Source of the DNA: an uncultured Clostridia bacterium
GTDB lineage: Bacteria; Bacillota; Clostridia; TANB77; CAG-508
DNA: 40,385 nucleotides
Direction of reading: 5' to 3'
Assembly (NCBI GenBank): GCA_947632525.1
Contig: CANRPQ010000001.1
Span: 1 to 40,385, forward strand
The notes under the pieces were generated by a model. It did no database searches and was not told where the DNA came from. It saw nothing but the letters and a program-made list of their open reading frames with translations. The translations under genes and the position numbers were made by a program. Position 1 is the stretch's first letter; each line of letters opens with the position of its first letter. Positions 26,313-36,207 of the stretch are shown here, in pieces.

Positions 26313-27704
26313 TTAACAAATTGCATCACAAATCTCTGTAAAATTTAAACTATTAGATGCTTTTAATAATATAGCATCTTCCACTTTCAATTTTTTTTGC
26401 AAAATATCTATGGCTTCTTTATTGTTTTTGCATAGAAAAATATCATCTTTTTTCATTCCTTTTTTTTCTGCTTTTTTGGCTATATTTTTTGCTTCATTTC
26501 CAACACAAATTAATAAATTTATTTTGTTTATGTAAACTTCTTCTCCTACTTTTTCATGTAATTCTTTACTATATTCTCCTAATTCTAACATATCTCCTAA
26601 TACTGCTATTTTGCGCTTATTAGGCAATTTTCCTAAATAATCTAGTGCTGCTTTCATAGAATCATAATTTGCATTATAGCAATCATTTACTACTGTTGCT
26701 CCAATTTTACTTTTTTTGATTTCCATTCTTTTTTTAGTAAGTTCAAATTTTTTAATTCCTTTTATAGCATTTTCTATAGGGATGTTTAATGCTTTTGCTA
26801 CAGCTATTGCACATAAGCCATTATATACAAAATGTTTTCCCCCTACTGGAATTGTTAAATCATAAGTATTTTCGCCAATTAAAGCTTGGCACCTACTACC
26901 ATTATCCTCTAGAATAACATTTTTGCCTAAAATATCACTTTGATTTTCTATTCCATATGTTAAGATATTATAATTTTCCTTTCCTTTTTCATACCAACTA
27001 TGTAATAAGTCATTATCATAATTAATTATTAGTGTGCCTTTTGGATTTAGTCCTTCTAAAATCTCTAATTTTGCTTTTAAAATATTTTCTCTAGAGCCTA
27101 ACATTCCAATATGTGCAGTTCCTACATTTGTTATAACTGCTATATCTGGCTTAGCAATGTTTGTTAATATACTTATTTCTCCAAATGAATTCATTCCCAT
27201 TTCTAGTACCATTGCTTCTTCATCTTTCAAACTTAATACTGTTAATGGTAATCCAATTTCATTATTATGATTTCCTTCTGTTTTCAATACTTTATATTTT
27301 TGAGCTATTACGCTAGCTACAATATCTTTTGTGCTTGTTTTTCCTACACTTCCCGTAATTGCAACAACTGGAATATTATATAAACTTCTTTTATATGCAG
27401 CTATTTTTTGTAGTGCTTTTACTGTATTTTCAACTAATACTATAGTGGAATTTGGATATTTTGTTAAAACTGTTTCGTCAAGTTCTACATTTTGTAATAA
27501 ACAAGCGGTAGCACCATTTTCTAATGCCTCTTCATATAATGTACTCCCATTAAAATTTTCACCTTGGATTCCAAGATATATTTGCCCTGGTTGTATTATT
27601 CTTGTATCTCTACATAAGTTTTCAAATGGTAAATTTTCATTTCCTTGAATTAGCTTTCCATTACTAACCCTAATTAAATCTTTTATTGTAACTCTTTTTT
27701 CCAT
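26313..27704 (-). CDS. murF: UDP-N-acetylmuramoyl-tripeptide--D-alanyl-D-alanine ligase
   Basis: Mur ligase P-loop ITGSVGKTSTKD and overall MurF architecture. Start placed at ATG 27704, 6 nt after AGAGGA; the ORF track's ATG 27710 abuts the RBS. Confidence 0.9.
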   Translation of the reverse strand: MEKRVTIKDLIRVSNGKLIQGNENLPFENLCRDTRIIQPGQIYLGIQGENFNGSTLYEEALENGATACLLQNVELDETVLTKYPNSTIVLVENTVKALQKIAAYKRSLYNIPVVAITGSVGKTSTKDIVASVIAQKYKVLKTEGNHNNEIGLPLTVLSLKDEEAMVLEMGMNSFGEISILTNIAKPDIAVITNVGTAHIGMLGSRENILKAKLEILEGLNPKGTLIINYDNDLLHSWYEKGKENYNILTYGIENQSDILGKNVILEDNGSRCQALIGENTYDLTIPVGGKHFVYNGLCAIAVAKALNIPIENAIKGIKKFELTKKRMEIKKSKIGATVVNDCYNANYDSMKAALDYLGKLPNKRKIAVLGDMLELGEYSKELHEKVGEEVYINKINLLICVGNEAKNIAKKAEKKGMKKDDIFLCKNNKEAIDILQKKLKVEDAILLKASNSLNFTEICDAIC

Positions 27705-27832
27705 ATACATTCCTCTTTAATTTTTATTTATTTCTTACTTTTGTTATTATATTCTAATTTTATAGTTTGTTGCAACATTATTATAAAGATTTGTTAAGAA
27801 TTTATATTTGCGTTCAAGTGAAAAGTTAAATG

Positions 27833-27866
27833 TACAAAGAAAGTGCCCTCAATCGAAGGCACTTTT
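27833..27866 (-). terminator. terminator of the SASP gene
   Basis: Arms AAGTGCCCTC / GAAGGCACTT (one mismatch) with a 4-nt loop and a T-rich tail on the - strand. Confidence 0.6.
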
Positions 27867-27867
27867 G

Positions 27868-28044
27868 CTAACTATTTTCAGCTGTTCTGTTAGCGATTTC
27901 TATTGCTTTTGTAACAATGTTACCACAAGTTTTTGATGGTACATTTCCCCATCCGCCATCTTGTTTTACTTGGTCATATACGCCAAGTTCCTTAGCAATT
28001 TCTTCTCTTAATTTGTCGGAAATAAGTTTTCTGTTTGTTGACAT
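27868..28044 (-). CDS. ssp: small acid-soluble spore protein, alpha/beta type (58 aa, below the ORF-track cutoff)
   Basis: AGGAGGTA RBS, then ATG at 28044. It reads MSTNRKLISDKLREEIAKELGVYDQVKQDGGWGNVPSKTCGNIVTKAIEIANRTAENS. The EIAxELGV and GxxxSxxxGxxVxxxIE blocks are the two conserved SASP DNA-binding regions. Confidence 0.75.
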   Translation of the reverse strand: MSTNRKLISDKLREEIAKELGVYDQVKQDGGWGNVPSKTCGNIVTKAIEIANRTAENS

Positions 28045-28194
28045 CGAATTTACCTCCTAATAGAGTTAAAATTTTGTGAAATTTATTTTCTTACTTGATT
28101 AACAGGGAAAGTTTATAAAAACTTTTTGTTACTTATATTTCACATTATTATTGTGTCCTGTTTTTTTAAAATTATTTTTTTAATTTTTGCCAAT

Positions 28195-29586
28195 TTAATG
28201 TGTTAATGTTCCATTTGGAGTATTAACTATTACTAAAATATCTTCTTCTTTTCCTGTTTGACTATTTATATATACTAAAAAGTCAGTATCGTCTACTTTT
28301 CCTTTAAATTCCCAACATAAAATTTCGCTTTTCCATTTTGTTGGTATAATTGCTAAATTTTGGCTTTTAATGTCAAGATTTTTATTCAAATTTTTCTTAG
28401 CCTGTTCTGCTGTAATAGATACATTTGAGATATCTCTTGTTTCATGGTTATTTAAATATCCTGTAGTTTCAATTCCCATTACTTCTCCATTATCTAATGC
28501 TACTTTTAACTTTATTAAATCTGGATAAATTGTAACCCCATTCTGTTCATATGCATAATTAATTGTTACTATTCCATCTTGTTTTAAATAATAAGTTTCC
28601 TTCATATTTTTAAAACCACGAGACTCTAAAAATTGCTTTCCTATTTCATCTGCTCTTTCTTGGCTAATACTTTCCGCTTCAATATTTCTATTATAGTTCA
28701 TGAATACTACATGTCCACCTTTTTCAGAAATAGAAATATTAAGGTTTGCATCTTTTTCTTCATTTATTTTAGCTAAAAAATCATAAGTTATCATATCAGT
28801 ATTTTCTGATTTACTAGATAGATAAATTTCTTGTACTTTATCTTCTCCTATAAATTTTTTAGCTATATCTTTTGCTTTTTCTTCATCTACATTGTCACCT
28901 GTTAATCCCTTTTTTTCTTTTCCGGTTAAATGTTCAGAAAATGCACCGTCATAAATTAGTCCAGAATATTCATGAAAATTTTCTTCTAAATTTGTAAAAC
29001 TACTTTTAGAAATATTACTAACTTCTTGTGCAAATGATGTTGTACCTTTTTTAGTTAATTCTCCCCAACTTATTCTACCGTCATTCATATCAGTAGATAA
29101 TTGATTTAGTGTATTTTCTAAGTCTACGCTATAATCATGTAATTCTTTTAAATTTTTAAAATCATCATCTGATAATTTTTCATTATTAATATTTTTTCTA
29201 GAAAGTGAATAACTATAATCACTAACTTGATTTAAAAATTTTTCAGTTTTTTCTAGTTCAACACTTTCTATTGGAAGTCTTGATAAGTAAACTTGTGCTA
29301 AGTTTGCCTCTTTCCATACATTAGTTAGGGTTTCTGCCCCATGCTCTGGCGTACTGGAAATTAAAGATTTTGCAAGGTATGTTTCTACATTTTGCACATA
29401 ATCTACTAATTCAAAAAACGCCATATTATATTGATTTTCTGAAGCTTGTCTATAATCAACCTGTTTTTTATATATCCATACTCCCAAAGCAATAATGATT
29501 GCTATCAATACTACAATTACACTTAACATGTGTCTATCTTTTAATCGATTTTTCCAATCTACCAATTTATTTGTTTTTGTTTCCAT
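28195..29586 (-). CDS. ypeB: germination protein YpeB (PepSY domains, membrane-anchored)
   Basis: 463 aa with an N-terminal TM segment and YpeB-like repeated PepSY-type C-terminal modules. Directly downstream of the sleB-like gene, as in Bacillus and Clostridium. Confidence 0.8.
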   Translation of the reverse strand: METKTNKLVDWKNRLKDRHMLSVIVVLIAIIIALGVWIYKKQVDYRQASENQYNMAFFELVDYVQNVETYLAKSLISSTPEHGAETLTNVWKEANLAQVYLSRLPIESVELEKTEKFLNQVSDYSYSLSRKNINNEKLSDDDFKNLKELHDYSVDLENTLNQLSTDMNDGRISWGELTKKGTTSFAQEVSNISKSSFTNLEENFHEYSGLIYDGAFSEHLTGKEKKGLTGDNVDEEKAKDIAKKFIGEDKVQEIYLSSKSENTDMITYDFLAKINEEKDANLNISISEKGGHVVFMNYNRNIEAESISQERADEIGKQFLESRGFKNMKETYYLKQDGIVTINYAYEQNGVTIYPDLIKLKVALDNGEVMGIETTGYLNNHETRDISNVSITAEQAKKNLNKNLDIKSQNLAIIPTKWKSEILCWEFKGKVDDTDFLVYINSQTGKEEDILVIVNTPNGTLTH

Positions 29587-29635
29587 ACCATTAAGGTCCT
29601 TTCTAAATTTTATATTTAATTAACTAAATTTATAG

Positions 29636-30121
29636 TTAACGGCAAAAACGATGTTTTCCAATTGTTTTTATAACAGGTCTTGACCAAATCCATTTGTTGG
29701 TTGCTGTTGCTGGGTTGAAATAATAAATGGCTCCCCCTGTTGGGTCCCACCCATTTAAAGCATCTTGAGCAGCTTTTACTACACTGGAGCTTGAATCAAT
29801 TGGTACATTTATTTGTCCATCAGCTACTGCTGTAAATGCACCTGATTGATAAATTACACCTGCAATTGTATTTGGAAATTTTGAATCTTTTACACGGTTT
29901 AAAATAACAGCCCCTACTGCAACCTGCCCCTCATAAGGCTCTCCTCTTGCTTCTCCATTAATTGCTCTGGCTAATAATTGTACATCTGAAGTATTTCCAC
30001 TGTCTGCCGCTTGTACTTCTTCTTTTTGTATTAAATTTAAAATTGTAAAAATAATTAAAAATGTAATTAAAGCGATTGATACAATTAATATTGCTTTAAT
30101 TAATATTTTTTTCTTTTCCAT
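29636..30121 (-). CDS. sleB: spore cortex-lytic enzyme, SleB/CwlJ-type cell wall hydrolase (catalytic domain only)
   Basis: LLARAINGEARGEPYEGQVAVGAVILNRV...FPNTIAGVIYQSGAFTAV is the Hydrolase_2 (SleB/CwlJ) core. There is an N-terminal TM or signal segment and no PG-binding domain. Confidence 0.8.
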   Translation of the reverse strand: MEKKKILIKAILIVSIALITFLIIFTILNLIQKEEVQAADSGNTSDVQLLARAINGEARGEPYEGQVAVGAVILNRVKDSKFPNTIAGVIYQSGAFTAVADGQINVPIDSSSSVVKAAQDALNGWDPTGGAIYYFNPATATNKWIWSRPVIKTIGKHRFCR

Positions 30122-30308
30122 TCAAATCTCCTTTTTCATTTTTTCTACTGATAGTTTGTTCAATTTTTGTAAAATTATTCAAATTTTGCAAAATGTATGA
30201 TACAATTTTATTGTAGTAATTTAATGAATTTATAGAAATTTGAAAATAGAATTAATAGTAATAATTTTATGCCTTTTATAAATAGTATTGGCAAGGAAGG
30301 AATTAGCT

Positions 30309-31442
30309 ATGAAAAATATTTTAATTTTTTATGCATCTTATGGTGGCGGACATTTATCTGCTGCAAAGTCAGTTCAAAAATATATAGCTGAAAATTATGA
30401 TAATGTAGAAGTTGAAATTATTGATTGTATGAAATATATTAATAAACAAATTGAAAAAATTACTACTGGTGCATATAGGCAAATGGCAAAAAGTGCACCT
30501 AAGCTATGGGGAAAGGTTTATTCTGATTCGAAGAAGGGCATTATTTCTAAAATTAGTACTGATAGTAATAAAATTATGTCTAGAAAATTATATCATTTAA
30601 TTCAAGAAAAAAATCCGGATTTAATTATTTCAACTCATCCATTTAGTAGTCAAATGTGTAGTTATTTGAAAAAGAAGAGCTTTATTTCTTGTAAGCTCGC
30701 AACTATTATGACAGATTTTGCTGTGCATAAACAATGGCTAGTTGGTCATGAATATACTGATGCCTTTTTCGTTTCTAATGATAATATGAAGCAAGATATG
30801 ATTAAGTATGGAATTTCTCAAAAAAAGATTTATGTTACAGGAATTCCTATGTCTAGTAGATTTTTTGAAAATTTTGATAGCAAAAAAATTTATGAAATGT
30901 TTGATTTATCTCTTGATAAAAAAGTTATATTATTCTTCGCAGGGGGAGAATTTGGACTTGGTAAAGAAAAAACTGTATTGATTTTAAAAGCTTTAATAGA
31001 AAAAGCTTTAGATTACCAAATTGTAGCAGTTAGTGGTAAAAATGAAAAAATAAAAGAAATGTTTGAAAATGTTGTTAAAGAATATCATTCTGAAGATAGA
31101 GTTCGTGTACTAGGTTTTACCGATAAGGTTCCTGAACTTATGCATATTTCTTGTGCTGTTGTAACAAAACCTGGCGGTCTTACTACTACAGAGAGCTTAG
31201 CTTCTGAATTACCTATGTTAATTATTAATCCAATTCCTGGTCAAGAAGAAGAAAATGCACAATTTTTAGAAAATCATGGAGTTGGCGTTTGGATAAAAAG
31301 TACTGATAATCCATATGAAATTGTTTTTAAATTTTTTGAGTCTGATAAAAATTTAGAAGCAATGAAATATTCTGCAAAATTATTATCGAAAAAAAATTCC
31401 ACAAAAAATATTTGTGAAATTTTATTAAATGGTATTAATTAA
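30309..31442 (+). CDS. ugtP: diacylglycerol glycosyltransferase (MGDG-synthase / UgtP-like, GT28)
   Basis: N-terminal ILIFYASYGGGH (MGDG_synth domain) and a C-terminal GT28 motif (VTKPGGLTTTESLASELPMLIINPIPGQEEENA). ATG 30309 follows AGGAAGGA. Confidence 0.8.
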   Translation: MKNILIFYASYGGGHLSAAKSVQKYIAENYDNVEVEIIDCMKYINKQIEKITTGAYRQMAKSAPKLWGKVYSDSKKGIISKISTDSNKIMSRKLYHLIQEKNPDLIISTHPFSSQMCSYLKKKSFISCKLATIMTDFAVHKQWLVGHEYTDAFFVSNDNMKQDMIKYGISQKKIYVTGIPMSSRFFENFDSKKIYEMFDLSLDKKVILFFAGGEFGLGKEKTVLILKALIEKALDYQIVAVSGKNEKIKEMFENVVKEYHSEDRVRVLGFTDKVPELMHISCAVVTKPGGLTTTESLASELPMLIINPIPGQEEENAQFLENHGVGVWIKSTDNPYEIVFKFFESDKNLEAMKYSAKLLSKKNSTKNICEILLNGIN

Positions 31443-31459
31443 ATATGTTAATTTATTAC

Positions 31460-31496
31460 ACACCTTTAGAATTATAAATTAAAGGTGTATATTTTA
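31460..31496 (+). terminator. terminator of the ugtP-like gene
   Basis: 9-bp arms ACACCTTTA / TAAAGGTGT at 31460-31468 and 31480-31488, then ATATTTT. Confidence 0.55.
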
Positions 31497-31500
31497 GCTT

Positions 31501-31539
31501 AAAAAATGTCCGCTTAACTAACGTCCCTAAACGGACATT
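31501..31539 (-). terminator. terminator of dnaX-ybaB-recR
   Basis: The - strand reads AATGTCCG, a loop, CGGACATT, then TTTTT. The 5' arm overlaps the recR stop codon. Confidence 0.6.
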
Positions 31540-32137
31540 ATAATTCTCGTCTTCCTTCTAGTGCTTTACTTAAAGTAACTTCATCTGTATATTCTAAATC
31601 TCCACCAACTGGTATTCCGTGTGCTATTCTTGTTGCTTTAATTCCCAATGGCTTTACTAGCTTTGAAATATACATAGCTGTTGCTTCCCCTTCTACTCGT
31701 GGATTTGTAGCTAAAATAATTTCCTTCACTTCATTATTCATTAATCTTGAAAGTAATTCTTTAATTTTAATATCATCTGGGCCCACTCCATTCATTGGTG
31801 AAATACTTCCATGTAATACGTGATATACTCCTTTAAATTCGTGGGTTCTTTCCATAGCTACTACATCTCTTACATCTTCTACTACGCAGATAGTAGTGTG
31901 ATCACGATTTTGGTTTCCACAAATAGGGCATGGATCAGTATCTGAAATGTTATAGCATTGTGAACAATATTTTAGATTCTTTTTTGCTTCTAAAATTGCT
32001 TGTACAAATTCATTGGTTTCTTCCTGACTTGCATCTAAAATATGAAACGCAAGCCTAGCAGCTGTTTTATTACCAATGCTAGGCAATTTTTCAAATGCTT
32101 CTATTAGTTTTTCTATTGATGGTGAATAATATGACAT
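31538..32137 (-). CDS. recR: recombination protein RecR
   Basis: HhH motif ([13 protein letters not shown]), a C4 zinc finger ([16 protein letters not shown]) and a Toprim domain. Confidence 0.95.
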   Translation of the reverse strand: MSYYSPSIEKLIEAFEKLPSIGNKTAARLAFHILDASQEETNEFVQAILEAKKNLKYCSQCYNISDTDPCPICGNQNRDHTTICVVEDVRDVVAMERTHEFKGVYHVLHGSISPMNGVGPDDIKIKELLSRLMNNEVKEIILATNPRVEGEATAMYISKLVKPLGIKATRIAHGIPVGGDLEYTDEVTLSKALEGRREL

Positions 32138-32167
32138 TGTTTATCTCCTTTTATTGTTAAGAAACAT

Positions 32168-32509
32168 TTACATTAATCCTGGTATATTATATTTTCCGAA
32201 TTCTTGTGCTTGTGCACTATCTACTTTTCGTAAAGCTTCATTTACACAACTTAAAATCAAGTCTTGTAGCATTTCTACATCATCTGGGTCAACTGCTTCT
32301 TTTTTTATTTTAATTTCTTTTACTTCTTTGCTTCCATTTACTTTTACGTAAACGGCTCCCCCACCTACACTTGCATCAAATTCTTTAGCTGCAAGTTCTG
32401 TTTGAGATTTTTCCATATCTGATTGCATCTTTTTTGCTTCTTTCATTAATTGGTTGATGTTCATTCCACCAAATCCACCGCCCATTCCTGGGAATCCTCT
32501 TCTTGACAT
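32168..32509 (-). CDS. ybaB: nucleoid-associated protein YbaB/EbfC
   Basis: [24 protein letters not shown]...[20 protein letters not shown] is the YbaB fold signature. ATG 32509 follows GGAGAGGAAAAT; the ORF-track start at 32548 lacks an RBS. Confidence 0.9.
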   Translation of the reverse strand: MSRRGFPGMGGGFGGMNINQLMKEAKKMQSDMEKSQTELAAKEFDASVGGGAVYVKVNGSKEVKEIKIKKEAVDPDDVEMLQDLILSCVNEALRKVDSAQAQEFGKYNIPGLM

Positions 32510-32585
32510 ATTTTCCTCTCCTATCTTTTTAAATGAACTATGGTTCATTACATTAAATTTTTATATTTTTTATTTTAATAACATC

Positions 32586-34226
32586 TTATTCTTCTATTAC
32601 ATTAATTGGAATATCTAAATCTTGTATTGGATTTTTTTCTTCTTTTGCCTTTTGTTTTAGAATTTCATCTTTGCTATCCAATAGTTTGATTCTCATTTCT
32701 TTACCACATTCTACTGAAACTAATCTGGTTAGTTCTTGCATGTTTTCTGGCCTTTCCATAATGCTTTTTACAAATGGTGTTAACCCAGTTTTAAATACAA
32801 TTCCTACAGTCATGTCATTAATTAATGTTGCTATAGTATTTATTAAATTTGTTGCTAATAGCATTTTTCTTTCTTCTTTTAGCTGATTTATAACTTTTGG
32901 CCAAAATTCTAATTCACTAATATTTAATTTGCTCAAGTCTACCGCTTCATGTTTTATATCTTTTTTGCTTGGTTGTACTTTTTCTTTTGTTTTAACCTCA
33001 AATGGGTCTGTATTTTCAAGTTTTTTATCATTTTTTGAATTTGTAGAATTAGATTGTGATACTTTTTTTTCTAATATTGTTATTCTATTTACTAAATTTT
33101 CTAGTTCTACATTACTTACTTCTACTGATTCTGAATTTTGCATATTTATAACTGGCTGACATAATTTAATCATTGCTACTTCGAATAATACTGCTTTTTG
33201 TGATGACCATTTCATTTCATTTTCTAGCTCAGATAATGTATATATTATTTGTAAAAGTCTTTCTTTTGATACCTTTTCCGCTATATTAGCAATTATTTTT
33301 AATTCTTCTTCATTATATATTTGTAGTTTTCCCGTAGTTTTCCAAACTAAAACATCCTTTGTGTACTTTATTAATTCCCATAGTAAATTAGTTAAGTCTT
33401 TTCCCTCTTGTATAACTTCTTCTACTGATTTAATTGTTTTTTCTATATCATTATCAGTAATTGATTGTACAATTTTTTCTATGAATGTTAGCTTTGGAAT
33501 TCCTACTAAATCTTTTACTAAATCTTCATCAATTTTTTCATTGCTTTCTTGTAAGCATCTTTCCAAAATGCTTAAAGCGTCTCTCATTGCTCCTTCTGCC
33601 AAAACAGAAATAATATTTATTGCTTCTTTTGTTATTTCAATTTTATCTTCATCACATACAAATTGTAACCTTTTACTAATATCTTCATTAGATATTTTTT
33701 TAAAGTCAAAACGTTGGCACCTTGAAAGGATTGTCGCTGGCAATTTTTGTGGTTCTGTTGTTGCTAAAATAAATTTTACATGTGCTGGTGGCTCTTCTAG
33801 TGTTTTTAATAAGGCATTAAATGCACCTGTTGATAGCATATGAACCTCGTCAATAATATATACTCTATATTTTGCTAAAGTTGGTAAAAAGTTTACTTCA
33901 TCGCGAATTGCCCTAATATCATCTACACTATTATTAGATGCTGCGTCCATTTCTACAATATCTGTTAAAGAACCTGATAAGGCAGCTTTACAAATTTCAC
34001 ATTCATTACATGGCTCCCCATTTTGTGCATTTAAACAGTTAACTGCTCTTGCTAATATTTTTGCTGTAGTAGTTTTTCCTGTTCCTCTAACTCCATTTAA
34101 TAAATATGCATGACCTACTCTTCCTGCTATTATTTGATTTTTAATGGTTTGAGTTATATGTTCTTGACCTACCATATCTTCAAATTTTAAAGGTCTAAAT
34201 TTTCTATATAAAGCTGTATATGACAT
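32586..34226 (-). CDS. dnaX: DNA polymerase III subunit gamma/tau
   Basis: YRKFRP, Walker A GVRGTGKTT, a zinc module (CLNAQNGEPCNECEIC), DEVHMLS and SRCQRFDF clamp-loader motifs. Confidence 0.92.
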   Translation of the reverse strand: MSYTALYRKFRPLKFEDMVGQEHITQTIKNQIIAGRVGHAYLLNGVRGTGKTTTAKILARAVNCLNAQNGEPCNECEICKAALSGSLTDIVEMDAASNNSVDDIRAIRDEVNFLPTLAKYRVYIIDEVHMLSTGAFNALLKTLEEPPAHVKFILATTEPQKLPATILSRCQRFDFKKISNEDISKRLQFVCDEDKIEITKEAINIISVLAEGAMRDALSILERCLQESNEKIDEDLVKDLVGIPKLTFIEKIVQSITDNDIEKTIKSVEEVIQEGKDLTNLLWELIKYTKDVLVWKTTGKLQIYNEEELKIIANIAEKVSKERLLQIIYTLSELENEMKWSSQKAVLFEVAMIKLCQPVINMQNSESVEVSNVELENLVNRITILEKKVSQSNSTNSKNDKKLENTDPFEVKTKEKVQPSKKDIKHEAVDLSKLNISELEFWPKVINQLKEERKMLLATNLINTIATLINDMTVGIVFKTGLTPFVKSIMERPENMQELTRLVSVECGKEMRIKLLDSKDEILKQKAKEEKNPIQDLDIPINVIEE

Positions 34227-34249
34227 GTGTTTTTCACCTCTTTAATTCA

Positions 34250-34415
34250 AAATAAAAGGTATAAAGCGCTTTTTCTAGTCACTCTATGGAGAATAAATGT
34301 CACACAGAAGTATCTACTTATTGCTGCTTCCTTCCGGACCTGACAAGGTTCATAGGCTTCTATTGGCTTTATTCTCCATACAATGGCTAGAAGCTTAAGC
34401 TTCATACCTTTGTAT
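34250..34415 (-). ncRNA. ffs: signal recognition particle RNA (ffs/scr)
   Basis: The - strand contains the invariant domain IV sequence GUCAGGUCCGGAAGGAAGCAGC. It sits inside a long hairpin (AUGGAGAAUAAA pairs with UUUAUUCUCCAU; AAAGGUAUGAAGC pairs with GCUUUAUACCUUU). Immediately upstream of dnaX, as in Bacillus. The ends are approximate. Confidence 0.8.
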
Positions 34416-34456
34416 TATATACTTTTTATGCTATTTTAGCAAGTACAATTTCTAAG

Positions 34457-35203
34457 TTATTTCACTCTTTTAAATACAACATCAGTCATATCTGTTTTTT
34501 CTAAATAGCTTTTTTCCTCTTCATCTAAATTATCTGTAGGTAAGTTTAATGAAATTTCGGCTTGATATTTCGCTTCAGTAGTTTCTATCATAAAATCAAA
34601 TGAAACACTAAAACTGATTTCTGCATTAGTTGTTTCTATTTTTTTTAATAATGTACTATTATGAACCATTTCTGTATCTTTTTTTGATTTATAATTTCCA
34701 ATTGAAGTGTTACTAAAACAAATTTTAGCACTTCCGCCTTTACTTCCTATTTCTAGGTTTGTAGAACTACTTTGGCTTGCACCTTTATATTCCAATTTCT
34801 CTTGAACTAAAAACTGATCATCATATACATATGCTCTTCCTGCCTTACTATTTGGCATATATGCTTTTACAGTTCCTTTTTGTGGAGCTTTAGTTATATT
34901 AATATTACTTATTTTTACACTTTTAATTAATTCATCCGATGTGTTTTTTGGATTTTTGTCAATATAAAAAAGAACATCATTGTTTTGATAAATATCCATA
35001 TCCCATTCTTTTTTATTACTATCTCCTTTTTCCATTCCTTCCACTGTTCCGACTACTATTATTTTTGATAGGTTATATGGCATATTTGTTTCGCCTTCTA
35101 CTTCATACTTTATCATCATTATTATTACAAAAATAAATAATAATGCAAGTAATGTTAATGATAGTATTAATTTAATTGTTTGTTTTCTTTTTTCTGTTAT
35201 CAT
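34457..35203 (-). CDS. hypothetical membrane-anchored protein (248 aa)
   Basis: Long ORF with one N-terminal TM helix. No clear RBS and no family recognised. Confidence 0.45.
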   Translation of the reverse strand: MITEKRKQTIKLILSLTLLALLFIFVIIMMIKYEVEGETNMPYNLSKIIVVGTVEGMEKGDSNKKEWDMDIYQNNDVLFYIDKNPKNTSDELIKSVKISNINITKAPQKGTVKAYMPNSKAGRAYVYDDQFLVQEKLEYKGASQSSSTNLEIGSKGGSAKICFSNTSIGNYKSKKDTEMVHNSTLLKKIETTNAEISFSVSFDFMIETTEAKYQAEISLNLPTDNLDEEEKSYLEKTDMTDVVFKRVK

Positions 35204-35255
35204 TTTCTTATGTAATCTAAAAATTTTTTAGATTAATTCCTTTCTATGTTTTTAT

Positions 35256-35350
35256 TGGCGGAGCAGGTGGGATTCGAACCCACGTGGCGTTTTTGAAAAC
35301 ACCCAATTGATTTCGAATCAACCTCGTTATGACCTCTTCGATACTGCTCC
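35256..35350 (-). tRNA. tRNA-Ser (anticodon CGA), CCA encoded
   Basis: Hand-folded cloverleaf: acceptor GGAGCAG/CTGCTCC, anticodon stem GTTGA/TCAAT with loop TTCGAAA, long variable arm GGTGTTTT/AAAACGCC, T arm GTGGG-TTCGAAT-CCCAC. Confidence 0.9.
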
Positions 35351-35406
35351 TTATGATTGTATTAAATTTATATTTTTTATTTGCTTTATTCTTAATTTTG
35401 TGCTTT

Positions 35407-35874
35407 TTATTTTTCTTTTTTACTATTTCGTAATTCTTTGAAAAATTGCTTTAATATGCTTTCACATTCATTTTGTAAAATTCCAGTTTCTACTTCTACT
35501 TTATGATTAAAAGTATAGTCTTCTAAAAGATTTAGTACTGAGCCACAGCTGCCCGTTTTTTCATCCATTGTGCCAATATATACTTTTCCCATTCTTGATT
35601 GAATAAGTGCTCCTGCACACATGCTACAAGGCTCCAATGTGACATACATATCACAATCCGTTAATCTCCATGAATTTAATTTTTTGCTTGCTTTTTGTAT
35701 AGCTAATATTTCTGCATGTTTCGTAGAGTCATGCTTGTACTCTTTTTCATTATATGCCCTTGCAATTATTTTATGATCTTTTACAATTACTGCACCTACA
35801 GGAATTTCTTCTTTTTCATATGCTTTTTTTGCCTGTATTAGGGCTTCCTTCATAAATTTTTCTTGTTCAGTCAT
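35407..35874 (-). CDS. tadA: tRNA-specific adenosine deaminase
   Basis: CDA-fold zinc motifs HAEILAI and PCSMCAGAL; 155 aa. Confidence 0.9.
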   Translation of the reverse strand: MTEQEKFMKEALIQAKKAYEKEEIPVGAVIVKDHKIIARAYNEKEYKHDSTKHAEILAIQKASKKLNSWRLTDCDMYVTLEPCSMCAGALIQSRMGKVYIGTMDEKTGSCGSVLNLLEDYTFNHKVEVETGILQNECESILKQFFKELRNSKKEK

Positions 35875-35941
35875 AATACTCCTATTTTTACTTATATTTT
35901 ACTCTTTAAATAATTGAATAAATTTTTCTTAAATAATAAAG

Positions 35942-36018
35942 TGGTGTGCCTAGCGGGAATTGAACCTGCGACCTCTCGCTTAGGAGGCGAGCGCTCTATC
36001 CAACTGAGCTATAGACAC
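35942..36018 (-). tRNA. tRNA-Arg (anticodon CCT), CCA encoded
   Basis: Acceptor GTGTCTA/TAGGCAC, D arm GCTC-AGTTGGATA-GAGC, anticodon stem CTCGC/GCGAG with loop CTCCTAA, T arm GCAGG-TTCAATT-CCCGC (one A-C mismatch). Confidence 0.82.
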
Positions 36019-36129
36019 ATATATTTGTTGTATTATAAATGCAATATTAATTATACGATATTTTTTTATTTAACGCAAGTTAATATCCATAGTTTTGCTA
36101 ATATTGATTTTTAAATTTAAGGATGTATT

Positions 36130-36158
36130 TTAACTGCTATTGACTGATATGTTATAAT
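36130..36158 (+). promoter_or_regulatory. sigma-A-type promoter of the ttcA-like gene (extended -10)
   Basis: TTAACT, a 17-nt spacer ending in TGT, then TATAAT at 36153-36158. Confidence 0.45.
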
Positions 36159-36207
36159 AATTTTGTAATTATTTATTAAAATGTGCTGTTATAGAGGGGT
36201 ATTAATT

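Noticed and set aside
35914-36114. 66-aa + strand ORF from the ORF track
   Set aside because: It lies antisense across tRNA-Arg and has no RBS, so it is spurious.
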